This document shows positions 11,225 through 20,194 of a stretch of DNA of 64,000 nt, piece after piece; position 1 is the stretch's first letter, and every line of letters starts with the position of its first letter. The notes beneath the pieces were generated by a model that saw nothing but the letters and a program-made list of their open reading frames with translations, had not been told where the DNA came from and did no database searches. The stretch lies in the IMG/VR virus record IMGVR_UViG_3300025121_000021. One strand, 5' to 3'. This stretch comes from an uncultured virus (IMG/VR IMGVR_UViG_3300025121_000021) (lineage: Duplodnaviria; Heunggongvirae; Uroviricota; Caudoviricetes). The position numbers and the translations under genes are program-made.

Positions 11225-11616
11225 AGGTCCTCTATTATGAAAGTTTGTTCATTCGTTGAATACTGTAATTTTTGAACTCCGTTTTTTCTTAGAGCTAGCA
11301 TGCAAATTTCACAAGGCCTAGCAAGTCCTAGCAAACCAGAACTTCGTAATCTATATACAGTAGCCATATAAGGTATTTCTGAACACCTAGATAGGGCATG
11401 AGTTTCAGCATGTAAAGTAGATCTTAATGGATGTCCTGCTTGAATAGCATATTGAGAATGGAAAGGATGAGTCTTGGTCATAGAATTATAACCAATTGAA
11501 AGAATTTTTCCGGTTTTATCCGTAAGAATACAAACTAAATTATAATGTTGATTAGAAATATGAGGTTTAAGGTTAAGAAAGGTCTTCAGATTGTTCTTGT
11601 ATTTCTTCATTTTCAA
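11221..11616 (-). CDS. Zinc-dependent cytidine/dCMP deaminase-fold protein
   Basis: SIGYNS, LHAETHAL and ARPCEIC (HxE...PCxxC). Confidence 0.8.
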   Translation of the reverse strand: MKMKKYKNNLKTFLNLKPHISNQHYNLVCILTDKTGKILSIGYNSMTKTHPFHSQYAIQAGHPLRSTLHAETHALSRCSEIPYMATVYRLRSSGLLGLARPCEICMLALRKNGVQKLQYSTNEQTFIIEDL

Positions 11617-11881
11617 GACATCCTATTCCTTCAAGATATTCTACTAATGTATCATAGGACATATCAATGACATATTTTCCAGGACATACACAGTTATCTG
11701 CTCCTAGTCTTTTTGATAACCAGACTTGTTGAGCTGATGTGAGTTCATTCGAAAATTCTTCATCCCATCGATTTTTGTCAACAAAGAAAACGGTTAAGGA
11801 ATGATCTTCGTCAAAGAAGAGTTCATTTCCTTCTAAAATAGAATAATAAAAACTATATCCTGAAATTTTTTCTTTTATCAT
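11573..11881 (-). CDS. Acidic hypothetical protein (FYY family member)
   Basis: Similar to 12331..12612 and 17763..18071. Confidence 0.5.
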   Translation of the reverse strand: MIKEKISGYSFYYSILEGNELFFDEDHSLTVFFVDKNRWDEEFSNELTSAQQVWLSKRLGADNCVCPGKYVIDMSYDTLVEYLEGIGCLENEEIQEQSEDLS

Positions 11882-11931
11882 TCAACTAGCTCCTTTAAAA
11901 TATATGAATAAGTTTCAAATTTTCAAAAAGA

Positions 11932-12315
11932 CTAAGGCCGCACACAACGCGCGTAGAGGTGGTAAAGTTGATAGTCGTAGAGAACGAGACCGTCGTAAAA
12001 ACTCACGTAAAACGCGTCGTTCGGTCTGAGAACACATGAAGTCACAGACGACCAGAATGTTTTATCTTTCATTGGTTTTTTGATTTCTTCTGATCCGTTT
12101 TTAAATAAATCAAAAAGTTCTATTTGAGTTGGGAGTCGTCCTCCTTGTTTTTTAGCCCAAGCCATAGATTTTTGCCAAGTCATTCGTTCTTTTGCAATTG
12201 GTCCCCACTTTAGTCCAGTCGCAGGATCTTTGATCCAGACTGTTTCTTCAACAGGTTGATTATGTTCACATTCTTGACACAGTTCTTGTAATTTTTCAAG
12301 TATTTTGCAAGTCAT
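11932..12315 (-). CDS. DUF1566/Lcl-like protein (paralog 5), DGR-type variable region at the 3' end
   Basis: MTCKILE leader; NNC-rich tail ending GCGCGTTGTGTGCGGCCTTAG then TCTTTTTGAAAATTTGAAAC. Confidence 0.8.
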   Translation of the reverse strand: MTCKILEKLQELCQECEHNQPVEETVWIKDPATGLKWGPIAKERMTWQKSMAWAKKQGGRLPTQIELFDLFKNGSEEIKKPMKDKTFWSSVTSCVLRPNDAFYVSFYDGLVLYDYQLYHLYARCVRP

Positions 12316-12330
12316 GATTTTTTCCTGTTG

Positions 12331-12612
12331 TTATAGAGGTAATTCTTCTTTAATACTATTATTCTCTTTAAATCCTAAATCATTAAGAGTTTTACGGATT
12401 TGATCTGCTGACCCATCCATCCAATAGGTATTACCAGTAAGGATGGTTTCATCGAAAATATTTTCGAGTAAGAAGATTTCATCTTCATCAAGATCATCAA
12501 GTAAATCAAAAGATAGATCGAATGTATCTTTTCTAACAATGGTGACTGTATACCCTTGTCTATTCTCTGCCTCAAAATTGTCTAAGCAATAATAGAAATC
12601 TGAATATTTCAT
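12331..12612 (-). CDS. Acidic hypothetical protein (FYY family member)
   Basis: MKYSDFYYCLD...; start at ATG 12612 behind an AGAGG SD. Confidence 0.5.
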   Translation of the reverse strand: MKYSDFYYCLDNFEAENRQGYTVTIVRKDTFDLSFDLLDDLDEDEIFLLENIFDETILTGNTYWMDGSADQIRKTLNDLGFKENNSIKEELPL

Positions 12613-12987
12613 AGTTCCTCTCTTAAGAGATTGATTTTCGTTATTGTTTAATTTATTTTTTTCATTTTTCAATAGATATAAAATATGTTCTTGAGAAACT
12701 TTAATGTTTACGAAGATTTTTGACAAGAAATTTAATCCACTTATGCACAATGAAAGGAAAGCACATAGGCCACAATAAAGATAATAGTAACAAAACACAC
12801 GAAAGTTCTTCATATGGTTCTGTTCCTTTTAGTTCGTATAAAAAATATAAATGGCCAAATCTATATATAACAATTCCTATAAAGATTGTTAACAACCATA
12901 AATACAATGGAATTTCTGGAGCATTAAACATTAATATAAATGCCATGCCCACAAACCAAATAACATTGATTAATTTATATAGAATAT

Positions 12988-13257
12988 TCATTCGGCTATT
13001 CTTAATAAAATTAGATACCCAATTAAATCTAATAGAGTATCTTCATTGTCTTCGGTTTGATTTAATATTCGACTTAGTTTATCATCGATTCTGACCTTTA
13101 ATTGTTCTATTTTGTCGGCTTTTGAAAATATACGAACAGGATCAAAGGCAGCGTTTCCATATTTCTTATTTTTCTCAATTAGTAACTCAAGAACTCTTTC
13201 TAACACAAGTTTAACTTTTTCTATAGTTTCATTGTGTTCGTCTCTGAAAATTGCCAT
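12988..13257 (-). CDS. DUF1599 / nucleotide-modification-associated domain protein
   Basis: KNKKYGN...VRIDDKLSR...DTLLDLIGY. Confidence 0.7.
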   Translation of the reverse strand: MAIFRDEHNETIEKVKLVLERVLELLIEKNKKYGNAAFDPVRIFSKADKIEQLKVRIDDKLSRILNQTEDNEDTLLDLIGYLILLRIAE

Positions 13258-13544
13258 TAGTAGATAACCTCATCTAGGTTAATTTCTTTTGGAGTCTCTA
13301 CATATTGAGTTTTACGGAGTGGGTTTCCTACGGATTTTGTTGTAATATTTGCGGCACATTGTTTACAAAACAAGCCCTCTTTATTTACTTCGTGTCCTTT
13401 AGTAACCTTAAGAGTTTCGTATGTCTCTTTATCTTTTACTGTATACTCTACAAGACGAATTTCTGTAATAAGTTTTTCGGGTGTATCATGAATAACATGA
13501 TTACATTTTTCACAACGGAAACACATACTTTTTCCCTCCCAGGA

Positions 13545-13871
13545 TTAGTATTTTACGCAGATTACATTACCAATTCCACTTTTAATAATATTATTAACGT
13601 TTTCGTATAATAATCCTATTTGATTAGTTCCTAATATTTCAGGTTCATTAGGAAGTGACCAAAAATATTTACCTTTCATACGGAGTTGAATTTCTTTCGG
13701 TCCAAATTGAAATAAGTTAAAGAGTTCTATCTGTTTAGGGAGTCGTCCTCCTTGCTTTTCAGCCCAATCCATGGCCTCTTTCCATTTCATTAATTTGTCT
13801 GCGATTGGTCCCCATTTTATTCCAGTTTTATAATCTTCATCCCATCCCCGATAATCATTTTCTTGAATCAT
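13545..13871 (-). CDS. DUF1566/Lcl-like protein (paralog 6)
   Basis: DYKTGIKWGP, GGRLPKQIEL, FWS, VICVK; start at MIQEND. Confidence 0.75.
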   Translation of the reverse strand: MIQENDYRGWDEDYKTGIKWGPIADKLMKWKEAMDWAEKQGGRLPKQIELFNLFQFGPKEIQLRMKGKYFWSLPNEPEILGTNQIGLLYENVNNIIKSGIGNVICVKY

Positions 13872-13872
13872 T

Positions 13873-14253
13873 TTAATCTCCACATATGCAACGTACACGA
13901 TAAAGGTTATCTTTGTTATCATAGTATAAATGATTAAGATAAAAATTTGCAGCCCAAACACTATCGCTATCACCTACATGAGATGATGACCAATAACGAT
14001 TATCTCCCATTCGTTTTTGAGTCTCTTCAGTTTGGTTATTGATTAGTTCAAGGAGTTCTACCCTTGTTGGAAGTCTTCCTTTTTGTTTTTCACACCATTT
14101 TACAGCTTCATCCCAAGTCATTTCTTTCTTAGAAATTGGTCCCCATTTTAACGTAGAAATGGGTATCTTGATTTGGTTTACTTCTTTAACAGGTTGTTTA
14201 TATTCACATTCTTGACATAATCCTTGTAGTGTTTCAAGTATTTTGCAAGTCAT
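13873..14253 (-). CDS. DUF1566/Lcl-like protein (paralog 7, MTCKILE leader)
   Basis: WGP, GRLPTRVEL, YWSSS, VWAANF, VRCI. Confidence 0.8.
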   Translation of the reverse strand: MTCKILETLQGLCQECEYKQPVKEVNQIKIPISTLKWGPISKKEMTWDEAVKWCEKQKGRLPTRVELLELINNQTEETQKRMGDNRYWSSSHVGDSDSVWAANFYLNHLYYDNKDNLYRVRCICGD

Positions 14254-14864
14254 AAAGTTCCCTTTATTGGAAATAGTTAATAATGTAATAAGAAGTAATA
14301 AAAATAATTATTGATATATAAAAACATAAGTAAATAGTTCCTATCATATATACTTGAATAGTTCCATGAAAGCACGAATTAAAATTATAGTTGGAATAAT
14401 TAATAATAGGTAAGGAATTGTATATATGATTATTAATATTATTATTGAAAGGACTATTAACCCTAATAAACCTATATGTATTTTCATTGTTTTTTATTAA
14501 ATTGTTTTATGGAAATCATATTCTAAAGGAATAGTTTCCCAATTTAAGACTTTTTTATAATAGCTATTAAAGTCTTTACAAGGGTCTTTTGCATTATCAT
14601 CAAAGTAAGAATTAATAGCATAAAGTAAACTAGGATATTTATTATAAAGATGTTGATAAGTTTTTGTTAGTGTCATCCCTTTCTCAACTAATTCTTGAGC
14701 TTTTTGCGCTCTTCCAAGCGCTATTTTTGTTCCTAATTTCTTTGAAAATTGATCTGGTTTTGTGTTTTTATTACCCGAATGAGATGCGGCCCATCCAATA
14801 ATTCCATTATTTAAAATGACACAAGTTAAGTAGTTTTTATAATAAAATACTTTATATGGTGTAT

Positions 14865-15311
14865 TCATATTGCTTCTCCTATGGATGTGGGTATAGGCCA
14901 AGATAATGGCCAATTCATGAGTAGTTCATCTAAATTATTAGATTGTCGAACAAGAGTATGACGAGGAACAGTATGAACATTTCGGGCAAGAGCAGCTTCT
15001 ACACTTATACCAAAGTAACAGAAATTAACTTGATAATTTGCTTTTATTGCGGCATTATAATAAGGTTCAATTGCCCATTTAGTTAGATTTGTATTATCTA
15101 TGATAATAGTTTCTGCTTTAGCAAATAATGCTAAATGAAATTTATTTTGACAAGCTTTATGAGCTTGTTCAAGTTTTGTTGGATCCCAATTATATGTCCC
15201 ATCTTTTTCAAAGAAGTGATCTGCAGAACATATTACTGCATTGGGAAAATTTTTAGCGTAAGTACTTTTACCCGAACCAGATATACCAATGAAAATATTT
15301 ACAGTTTTCAT
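14865..15311 (-). CDS. P-loop kinase (AAA_33 / polynucleotide-kinase-like)
   Basis: GISGSGKST Walker A, CSADHFF, IIDNTN, RNVHTVP. Confidence 0.8.
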   Translation of the reverse strand: MKTVNIFIGISGSGKSTYAKNFPNAVICSADHFFEKDGTYNWDPTKLEQAHKACQNKFHLALFAKAETIIIDNTNLTKWAIEPYYNAAIKANYQVNFCYFGISVEAALARNVHTVPRHTLVRQSNNLDELLMNWPLSWPIPTSIGEAI

Positions 15312-15345
15312 GGCGTTAAACTCCAACTTTAAATTTTCAAAAAGA

Positions 15346-15726
15346 CTAAGGCCGTACACAACGCACCGCGTAGTCACGTATTTTATCGTTGTTGTTAGTA
15401 TCACTATAGTTAAAGTTTACATACCATGCATTATAGACGTAATAGAAGCAAGATAACAAGGACCAGAATTTATTTGATTTCATTGGTTTAACAATATTTT
15501 TTGGTCCAAAATCAAATAGTTGGAGAAGTTCTGCTCTTGTTGGAAGTCTTCCGCCTTGTTTTTCAGCCCAGTCCATGGCTTCTTCCCAAGCCATTGGTTT
15601 TTCAGCAATTGGTCCCCATTCCAGTCCTGTTTTAGGATCTTTTTGCCAGATGACTTCTTTAACAGGTTGATTAGATTCACATTCTTGACATAATTCTTGT
15701 AGTTTTTCAAGTATTTTGTAAGTCAT
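15346..15726 (-). CDS. DUF1566/Lcl-like protein (paralog 8), drifted variable region
   Basis: MTYKILE leader; AWYVNF...VRCVRP; followed by TCTTTTTGAAAATTT. Confidence 0.8.
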   Translation of the reverse strand: MTYKILEKLQELCQECESNQPVKEVIWQKDPKTGLEWGPIAEKPMAWEEAMDWAEKQGGRLPTRAELLQLFDFGPKNIVKPMKSNKFWSLLSCFYYVYNAWYVNFNYSDTNNNDKIRDYAVRCVRP

Positions 15727-15752
15727 GGTTTTCCTCTTGATTAATTAATTAT

Positions 15753-15991
15753 TTAGTTGTTTTCAAATACAATCTTTTCTTGTACTTTTGTACCGTCAAA
15801 ATAACACAGATTTCTTTTTGCTTCTTCTAGGGAAGAGAAAGTATTTTTGGATCGGGGATCTAATGATATGAAGGAATCATAGGACGACGCGTCATCCCAC
15901 CACGACCACGCAAACAGATTAATCTGCGTTGGATGACATATGTAACGCTGCCGTATATGCTCGTTCTTTCGACAATGCGAACTTTCTTCAT
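15753..15991 (-). pseudogene. Small gene with an apparent 1-nt deletion near 15925
   Basis: MKKVRIVERTSIYGSVTYVIQ continues in another frame as QINLFAWSWWDDA...LEEAKRNLCYFDG...; span 239 nt. Confidence 0.45.
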
Positions 15992-16005
15992 TTTTTTTCT
16001 CTTGA

Positions 16006-16079
16006 TGGTCCCACTAGGATTTGAACCTAGACTCTCTGCTTATAAGGCAGAATAGCTAACCAATTACTACTATGGGACC
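16006..16079 (-). tRNA. tRNA-Ile(UAU), no encoded CCA
   Basis: GGTCCCA/TGGGACC acceptor, TCTGC-CTTATAA-GCAGA anticodon arm, CTAGG-TTCAAAT-CCTAG T arm. Confidence 0.8.
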
Positions 16080-16385
16080 CTGTTTAAAATTATTAATAAT
16101 ATTAGAATTGAATTTCTTTTTTATAATGGATAATGCCATTTTGACACAAATAACCTAATTGATATGAAGGAATTATAGGATGAAATTTTTCCTTAGATAT
16201 ATATTTGCAATGATTTTTTATCAAGAATTCTTCCGTAATATAAGAATTTGTTTCATGATAAAAATTAGATTTCATTTTAATTTCAAAACCAACAAGTAAA
16301 ATTACAAAAATTATAGCAATGATACCTGCTACTTTTACAATTTTAGTTTGATTTATTTTTAACTCATTTTAGATTTTAAAAAGGA

Positions 16386-16453
16386 TGACCATCGGTGGAA
16401 CTGCCCCATCCCTTCCTACGTACCATGTAGGGCTCTCTCTTGAGCTGATGGTC
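16386..16453 (-). tRNA. Atypical tRNA-Thr(GGU)-like element
   Basis: GACCATC/GATGGTC acceptor, GCTC/GAGC D stem, CCTAC-ATGGTAC-GTAGG; T arm non-canonical. Confidence 0.45.
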
Positions 16454-16463
16454 TTTTGAAGAG

Positions 16464-16530
16464 TGGAGCCGTTGGAATCGAACCAACCTCCGTTCATGAC
16501 CGTAGCCAAAAACGTCTCCCAGAGTGCCCC
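16464..16530 (-). ncRNA. Minimal tmRNA tRNA-like-domain-like RNA
   Basis: GGGGC.../GCTCC-A acceptor with G3-U70, canonical T arm, no D stem, anticodon arm replaced by a 10-bp helix capped by C(UACG)G. Confidence 0.5.
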
Positions 16531-16623
16531 ATAAAATTAGTATGTAGCCCCTTCCGCGCTCATACTATATATCCTCTAGCTTTTTGAGTCAAAAGCCAAG
16601 GGTATTTACCTATGTAAGAAAGT

Positions 16624-16752
16624 TTATTCTTTGTGGAGATGTTCTTTGATATGTCCGCATGTTCGACTAGCGGCATCTAAGCCTAAAATGCCGACAATAG
16701 TCCCCAAGGCAGTAACTCCGATCCAGATTAGAGTATCTACGGCCCATTGCAT
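16624..16752 (-). CDS. 42-aa membrane peptide, paralog of 28334..28525
   Basis: MQWAVDTLIWIGVTALGTIVGILGL vs MQFILDSIIWLVITALGTFLGLLGF; AAGGAG SD; too short for the ORF track. Confidence 0.6.
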   Translation of the reverse strand: MQWAVDTLIWIGVTALGTIVGILGLDAASRTCGHIKEHLHKE

Positions 16753-16766
16753 ATGTACTCCTTGAT

Positions 16767-17363
16767 TTAACCCTCTAGCAGAGGAAGGCGAGCATCATTA
16801 GTCGCTAAACCAAGACTGGTTTCGTTTGGATACTCAAGGCTTTGGAGATACTTGTCCAAGTCTTTTCCGTCCTTGGCATTGGCAAGATTGTAAATTTTTA
16901 CCCCTGCTTTCTTAGCCAGACGGCAAAGTTGCGCAGTGTCACCAGTAGGATCTTTCTCGAAACAAGTGATCATAAAAGAACTAGGATCGTTCAAGTTGTC
17001 TCCAAGAATCATGTAGCTAGTGCGTGCCATGATCTTGCGAGTCGGCGTTTTGAGATGAGACCAGTTGATTTCGACATTGTTGCCTTCTTCATTGACACCA
17101 AGTCGATACCAATTTTGCTCTGCAATACAGTAGGCTTGACGGCTAATCCTATTGTGTTGACTGGGATGGTTATTGAAGTTTGTCCAAGGCAAATATACGC
17201 TACACCTAAAGCCCGCTCCTTCTTCAAAGGCTTTCGAGACATTCGTTTCTCCACCAAGTCGAGCAATAAATCCCAACTTAGAGAGACGTTTGGCAAACGC
17301 CGTAAAACGGTCCAAATTTTCTTGACTCACTTCCCGATCTGCTGAACCAGTGTAAAAACGCAT
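16767..17363 (-). CDS. SLOG/DprA-like Rossmann-fold protein (divergent paralog of 27452..27955)
   Basis: YTGSADRE...AFEEGA...YLPW...ILGDNLNDPSSFMI...IYNLA. Confidence 0.65.
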   Translation of the reverse strand: MRFYTGSADREVSQENLDRFTAFAKRLSKLGFIARLGGETNVSKAFEEGAGFRCSVYLPWTNFNNHPSQHNRISRQAYCIAEQNWYRLGVNEEGNNVEINWSHLKTPTRKIMARTSYMILGDNLNDPSSFMITCFEKDPTGDTAQLCRLAKKAGVKIYNLANAKDGKDLDKYLQSLEYPNETSLGLATNDARLPLLEG

Positions 17364-17440
17364 GGCTTACCTCCTCAGGTAGCTTTTTAAACAACACAAA
17401 GCATTAAATCTTTGTGTCAATACTTGAATTTTCAAAAAGA

Positions 17441-17761
17441 TCACGGCCGCACACAACGCGCGTCGTAGTCGTTATCCTTATTGTCGAGGCCGACGTAGCC
17501 GTAGTCGAAATTCACGTACCACGCGAAGACGGAGTTGTAGACGTAGGACGACGACGACCAGAATAGACCTCTCAATCCCTCCAGCCCCGGAGCTGTCTTC
17601 CCGGTTTCCCTATCAATGGCATTCATTAATTCATTGACTCCCGGAAGATACCAGTCGTCAAAGCCAAGGTGCTTCTCTGCGTTGAGCTTGGTTGGAAGGT
17701 TTATTGCCTCTTGCCAAGTGCATTGAAATTGTTTACTAATTTTGTTGGTATAGTCTTTCAT
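17441..17761 (-). CDS. DUF1566/Lcl-like protein (paralog 9), DGR target with a fresh variable region
   Basis: LGFDDWYLPGVNEL; tail FWSSSSYVYNSVFAWYVNFDYGYVGLDNKDNDYDARCVRP in NNC/NNT codons. Confidence 0.85.
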   Translation of the reverse strand: MKDYTNKISKQFQCTWQEAINLPTKLNAEKHLGFDDWYLPGVNELMNAIDRETGKTAPGLEGLRGLFWSSSSYVYNSVFAWYVNFDYGYVGLDNKDNDYDARCVRP

Positions 17762-17762
17762 A

Positions 17763-18071
17763 TTAGATATAACCTCCTGAAATGAAAGCTGTATAATCTG
17801 AATTAGTTTGGAAACCTTCTTGGTCTAACGCTATTCTTACCTGGTTAATATCAAAAGGATCCCAAAATACTTTATCAAAGCTATAACAAAATTCCATTTC
17901 TTTAACAAGTCCAATACTTTCAAAATATTTAAATTCTTGAAATGTTTCCTCGCTTTTACAATAACGATATTTATTCCAGAATTTAACCGGACAAATATTT
18001 ATTGTAAACATTCCAGGGTTATCAGGATCATCAAGAAAAACATAATAAAAATCTGAACCTGTAGTTTTCAT
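17763..18071 (-). CDS. Hypothetical protein (FYY family member)
   Basis: GSDFYYVFLDD...; similar to 12331 and 11573. Confidence 0.5.
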   Translation of the reverse strand: MKTTGSDFYYVFLDDPDNPGMFTINICPVKFWNKYRYCKSEETFQEFKYFESIGLVKEMEFCYSFDKVFWDPFDINQVRIALDQEGFQTNSDYTAFISGGYI

Positions 18072-19104
18072 ATTAATCCTTACACAGGAATATTATTTAT
18101 GGTATTTTTTGTCAATTCTTCTTTTACCATTTGCTCTATTTCTAGATTGAAGCTTTTAACTGTAATTTCAAATGCTTCGTCAAAATCAGGATTTTGTAAT
18201 TTTTCTTTAATTTCTTTCCATGTCATATTTTTGTACGCCAAACAACATAGAAAGGCATAAGTATTTATTAGCGTAAGTAGTCTTTGTTCAATTGAATTAG
18301 GATCATTTCTATTATCTAGTGCGAGAGAAGCAGCCATGTGTTTTGCATCAAGAATCATTTTTTGTACTTCTTCGTTATTTTTAAAAATAAGCATATTTGC
18401 TCCTTATTGATGAAAGCGTTTTTGATAGTCTTTTCCATATTTGCAAAGTTCAACAATATATTCTTCTGTCAACAAATCACGAACTTCTTTCTCGAAGTCT
18501 ACATTGTCAATGTTTGCGAGTATAACGGCTTTGATAAATCCTTTGATAAGACCACGGATAAGAAATGGGAAAGGTACTGTCATCCATAACGGATGTTGAG
18601 ATGTCCAAGTAGAAAACGCAGCACTAATTGTTTGAGAGAGGCTTTCTTCAACTAAAGTATACATATAATCCTCCTCGGATTATTGGCCTAAGCCTGCTTC
18701 ATATTGCAATACATAATCTAAGGCATGTTGAAGATCTGCATCATTGAAGTTAAGATTGTTTAGTTTAGTTTTTAAATCATCAGGAACGAAGACCCATCCA
18801 GGTCTACTTTGTAAATATTCAATATAATTTTTGTCCATTTTTTGTGCAACATTATCTTTCATAGCTAGAAAAAGTCTTGACGCACAAACCCATTTTGTTT
18901 TTAGATTGTCTTGTAACCTAGCAAAAGTTCCTGGTTGCCAAGAATCAATGAAATTTTTATTTTTTAGTAAATTTTTGCACAAAGATTTTTTGTCAAGATT
19001 TATATCGAGATTAAGATTATAACAATCTAATACATATTTATCTTTATTATAAAGAGTGCATGTAATCATGATTCTCTCCAAGTTTCAAATTTTCAAACTG
19101 ATCA

Positions 19105-19412
19105 CTACCGCACACAACGCGCGTAGAGGTAGTTAACCTTAAAGTCGTAGTTGACGAAGCCGTAGCCGAAACCCACGTACCACGCGTAGTCGGTGTCGTT
19201 GACGTGGGACGACGACGACCAGAAATTCTTATCGCGCATGGGCCAACTATTTCCTCCGGCCACTCGTCACAGAGTTGTACCAGTTCCCACCGTTTGGCTA
19301 CACGTCCTCCTTGCTTTTTTGCCCACTCCTGAGCCTCGTTCCATGTCATTCTTTTCTCAGAGATTGGTCCCCATTCTTTTCCGGTTTCCATATCTTTGAT
19401 CCACTTGCTCAT
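19105..19412 (-). pseudogene. DUF1566/Lcl-like DGR target (paralog 10) with a 1-nt frameshift just upstream of the variable region
   Basis: MSKWIKDMETGKEWGP...EIVG then, one base shifted, MRDKNFWSSSSHVNDTDYAWYVGFGYGFVNYDFKVNYLYARCVR; span 308 nt. Confidence 0.75.
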
Positions 19413-19885
19413 GGCGCGGTCCTCTTGGTTATATCGATTTCGTCGCGCAGTTTGTTGATCTTGTGAGCAATGTCGTTGATAGAACAAACAAGGTCCAAGG
19501 CAATATTGATTCCAATCGAATCAATAAGCTCATCCAACAAACCCTGATAGTGTCCCAACAGGTACGCCTGGTTTGACGATGTTTTTACGTCGTAATTGTA
19601 ACGCCAATTGTGTCCTCCACTTTTCCTGCACCTCATGTATTCGTTGAGTCTCTCGCTCATGGAGCAGTCCTCCTGGCCTGATTTAGCTTTTTCAGAAGAA
19701 AGCCTATACATCCAAAGATGTCAAACTTGTTTATTTCTATTGGATTTTTATGCCACCTTCCGATCCAATAGCTATTCTTTTTTAGGATTCTTGGCCACTC
19801 GTCAGGGCCAATGATGATGTGCCAAATTATGATACGAATGTTGACGAAATCGCCACTCATGGCTCCTCCCAGGTATCAAGACCGA

Positions 19886-20194
19886 TCACGGCCGCACACA
19901 ACGCGCGTAGTTGTAGCTATCCTTACTGACGTAGTCGACGAGGCCGTAGTTGAAATTCATGAACCACGCGCAGCCGGTGTGGCCACCGTCGTATGAGGAC
20001 CAGAATATTTTCCCCTTCATTGTTACTTTAATCTCTTCTAGGCCTTCATGAAAGAGGTAACACAACTCCCAAGGTTTAGCCTGCTTTCCACCCAGTTCCT
20101 TACACCAGGCTTCTGCCTCATCCCAGGTCATCCTTTCTTTAGATTCAGGTCCCCATTCTAATCCGGTTTTAGGATCTTTCTGCCAGATTGTCAT
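19886..20194 (-). CDS. DUF1566/Lcl-like protein (paralog 11), DGR target with a fresh variable region
   Basis: WQKDPKTGLEWGP; tail AWFMNFNYGLVDYVSKDSYNYARCVRP. Confidence 0.85.
   Translation of the reverse strand: MTIWQKDPKTGLEWGPESKERMTWDEAEAWCKELGGKQAKPWELCYLFHEGLEEIKVTMKGKIFWSSYDGGHTGCAWFMNFNYGLVDYVSKDSYNYARCVRP

Noticed and set aside
15349..15468. Possible DGR template repeat (contains AAC AAC AAC)
   Set aside because: It is the coding tail of a full paralog, most variable positions are not A, and third positions have drifted. It is an old VR, not the TR.
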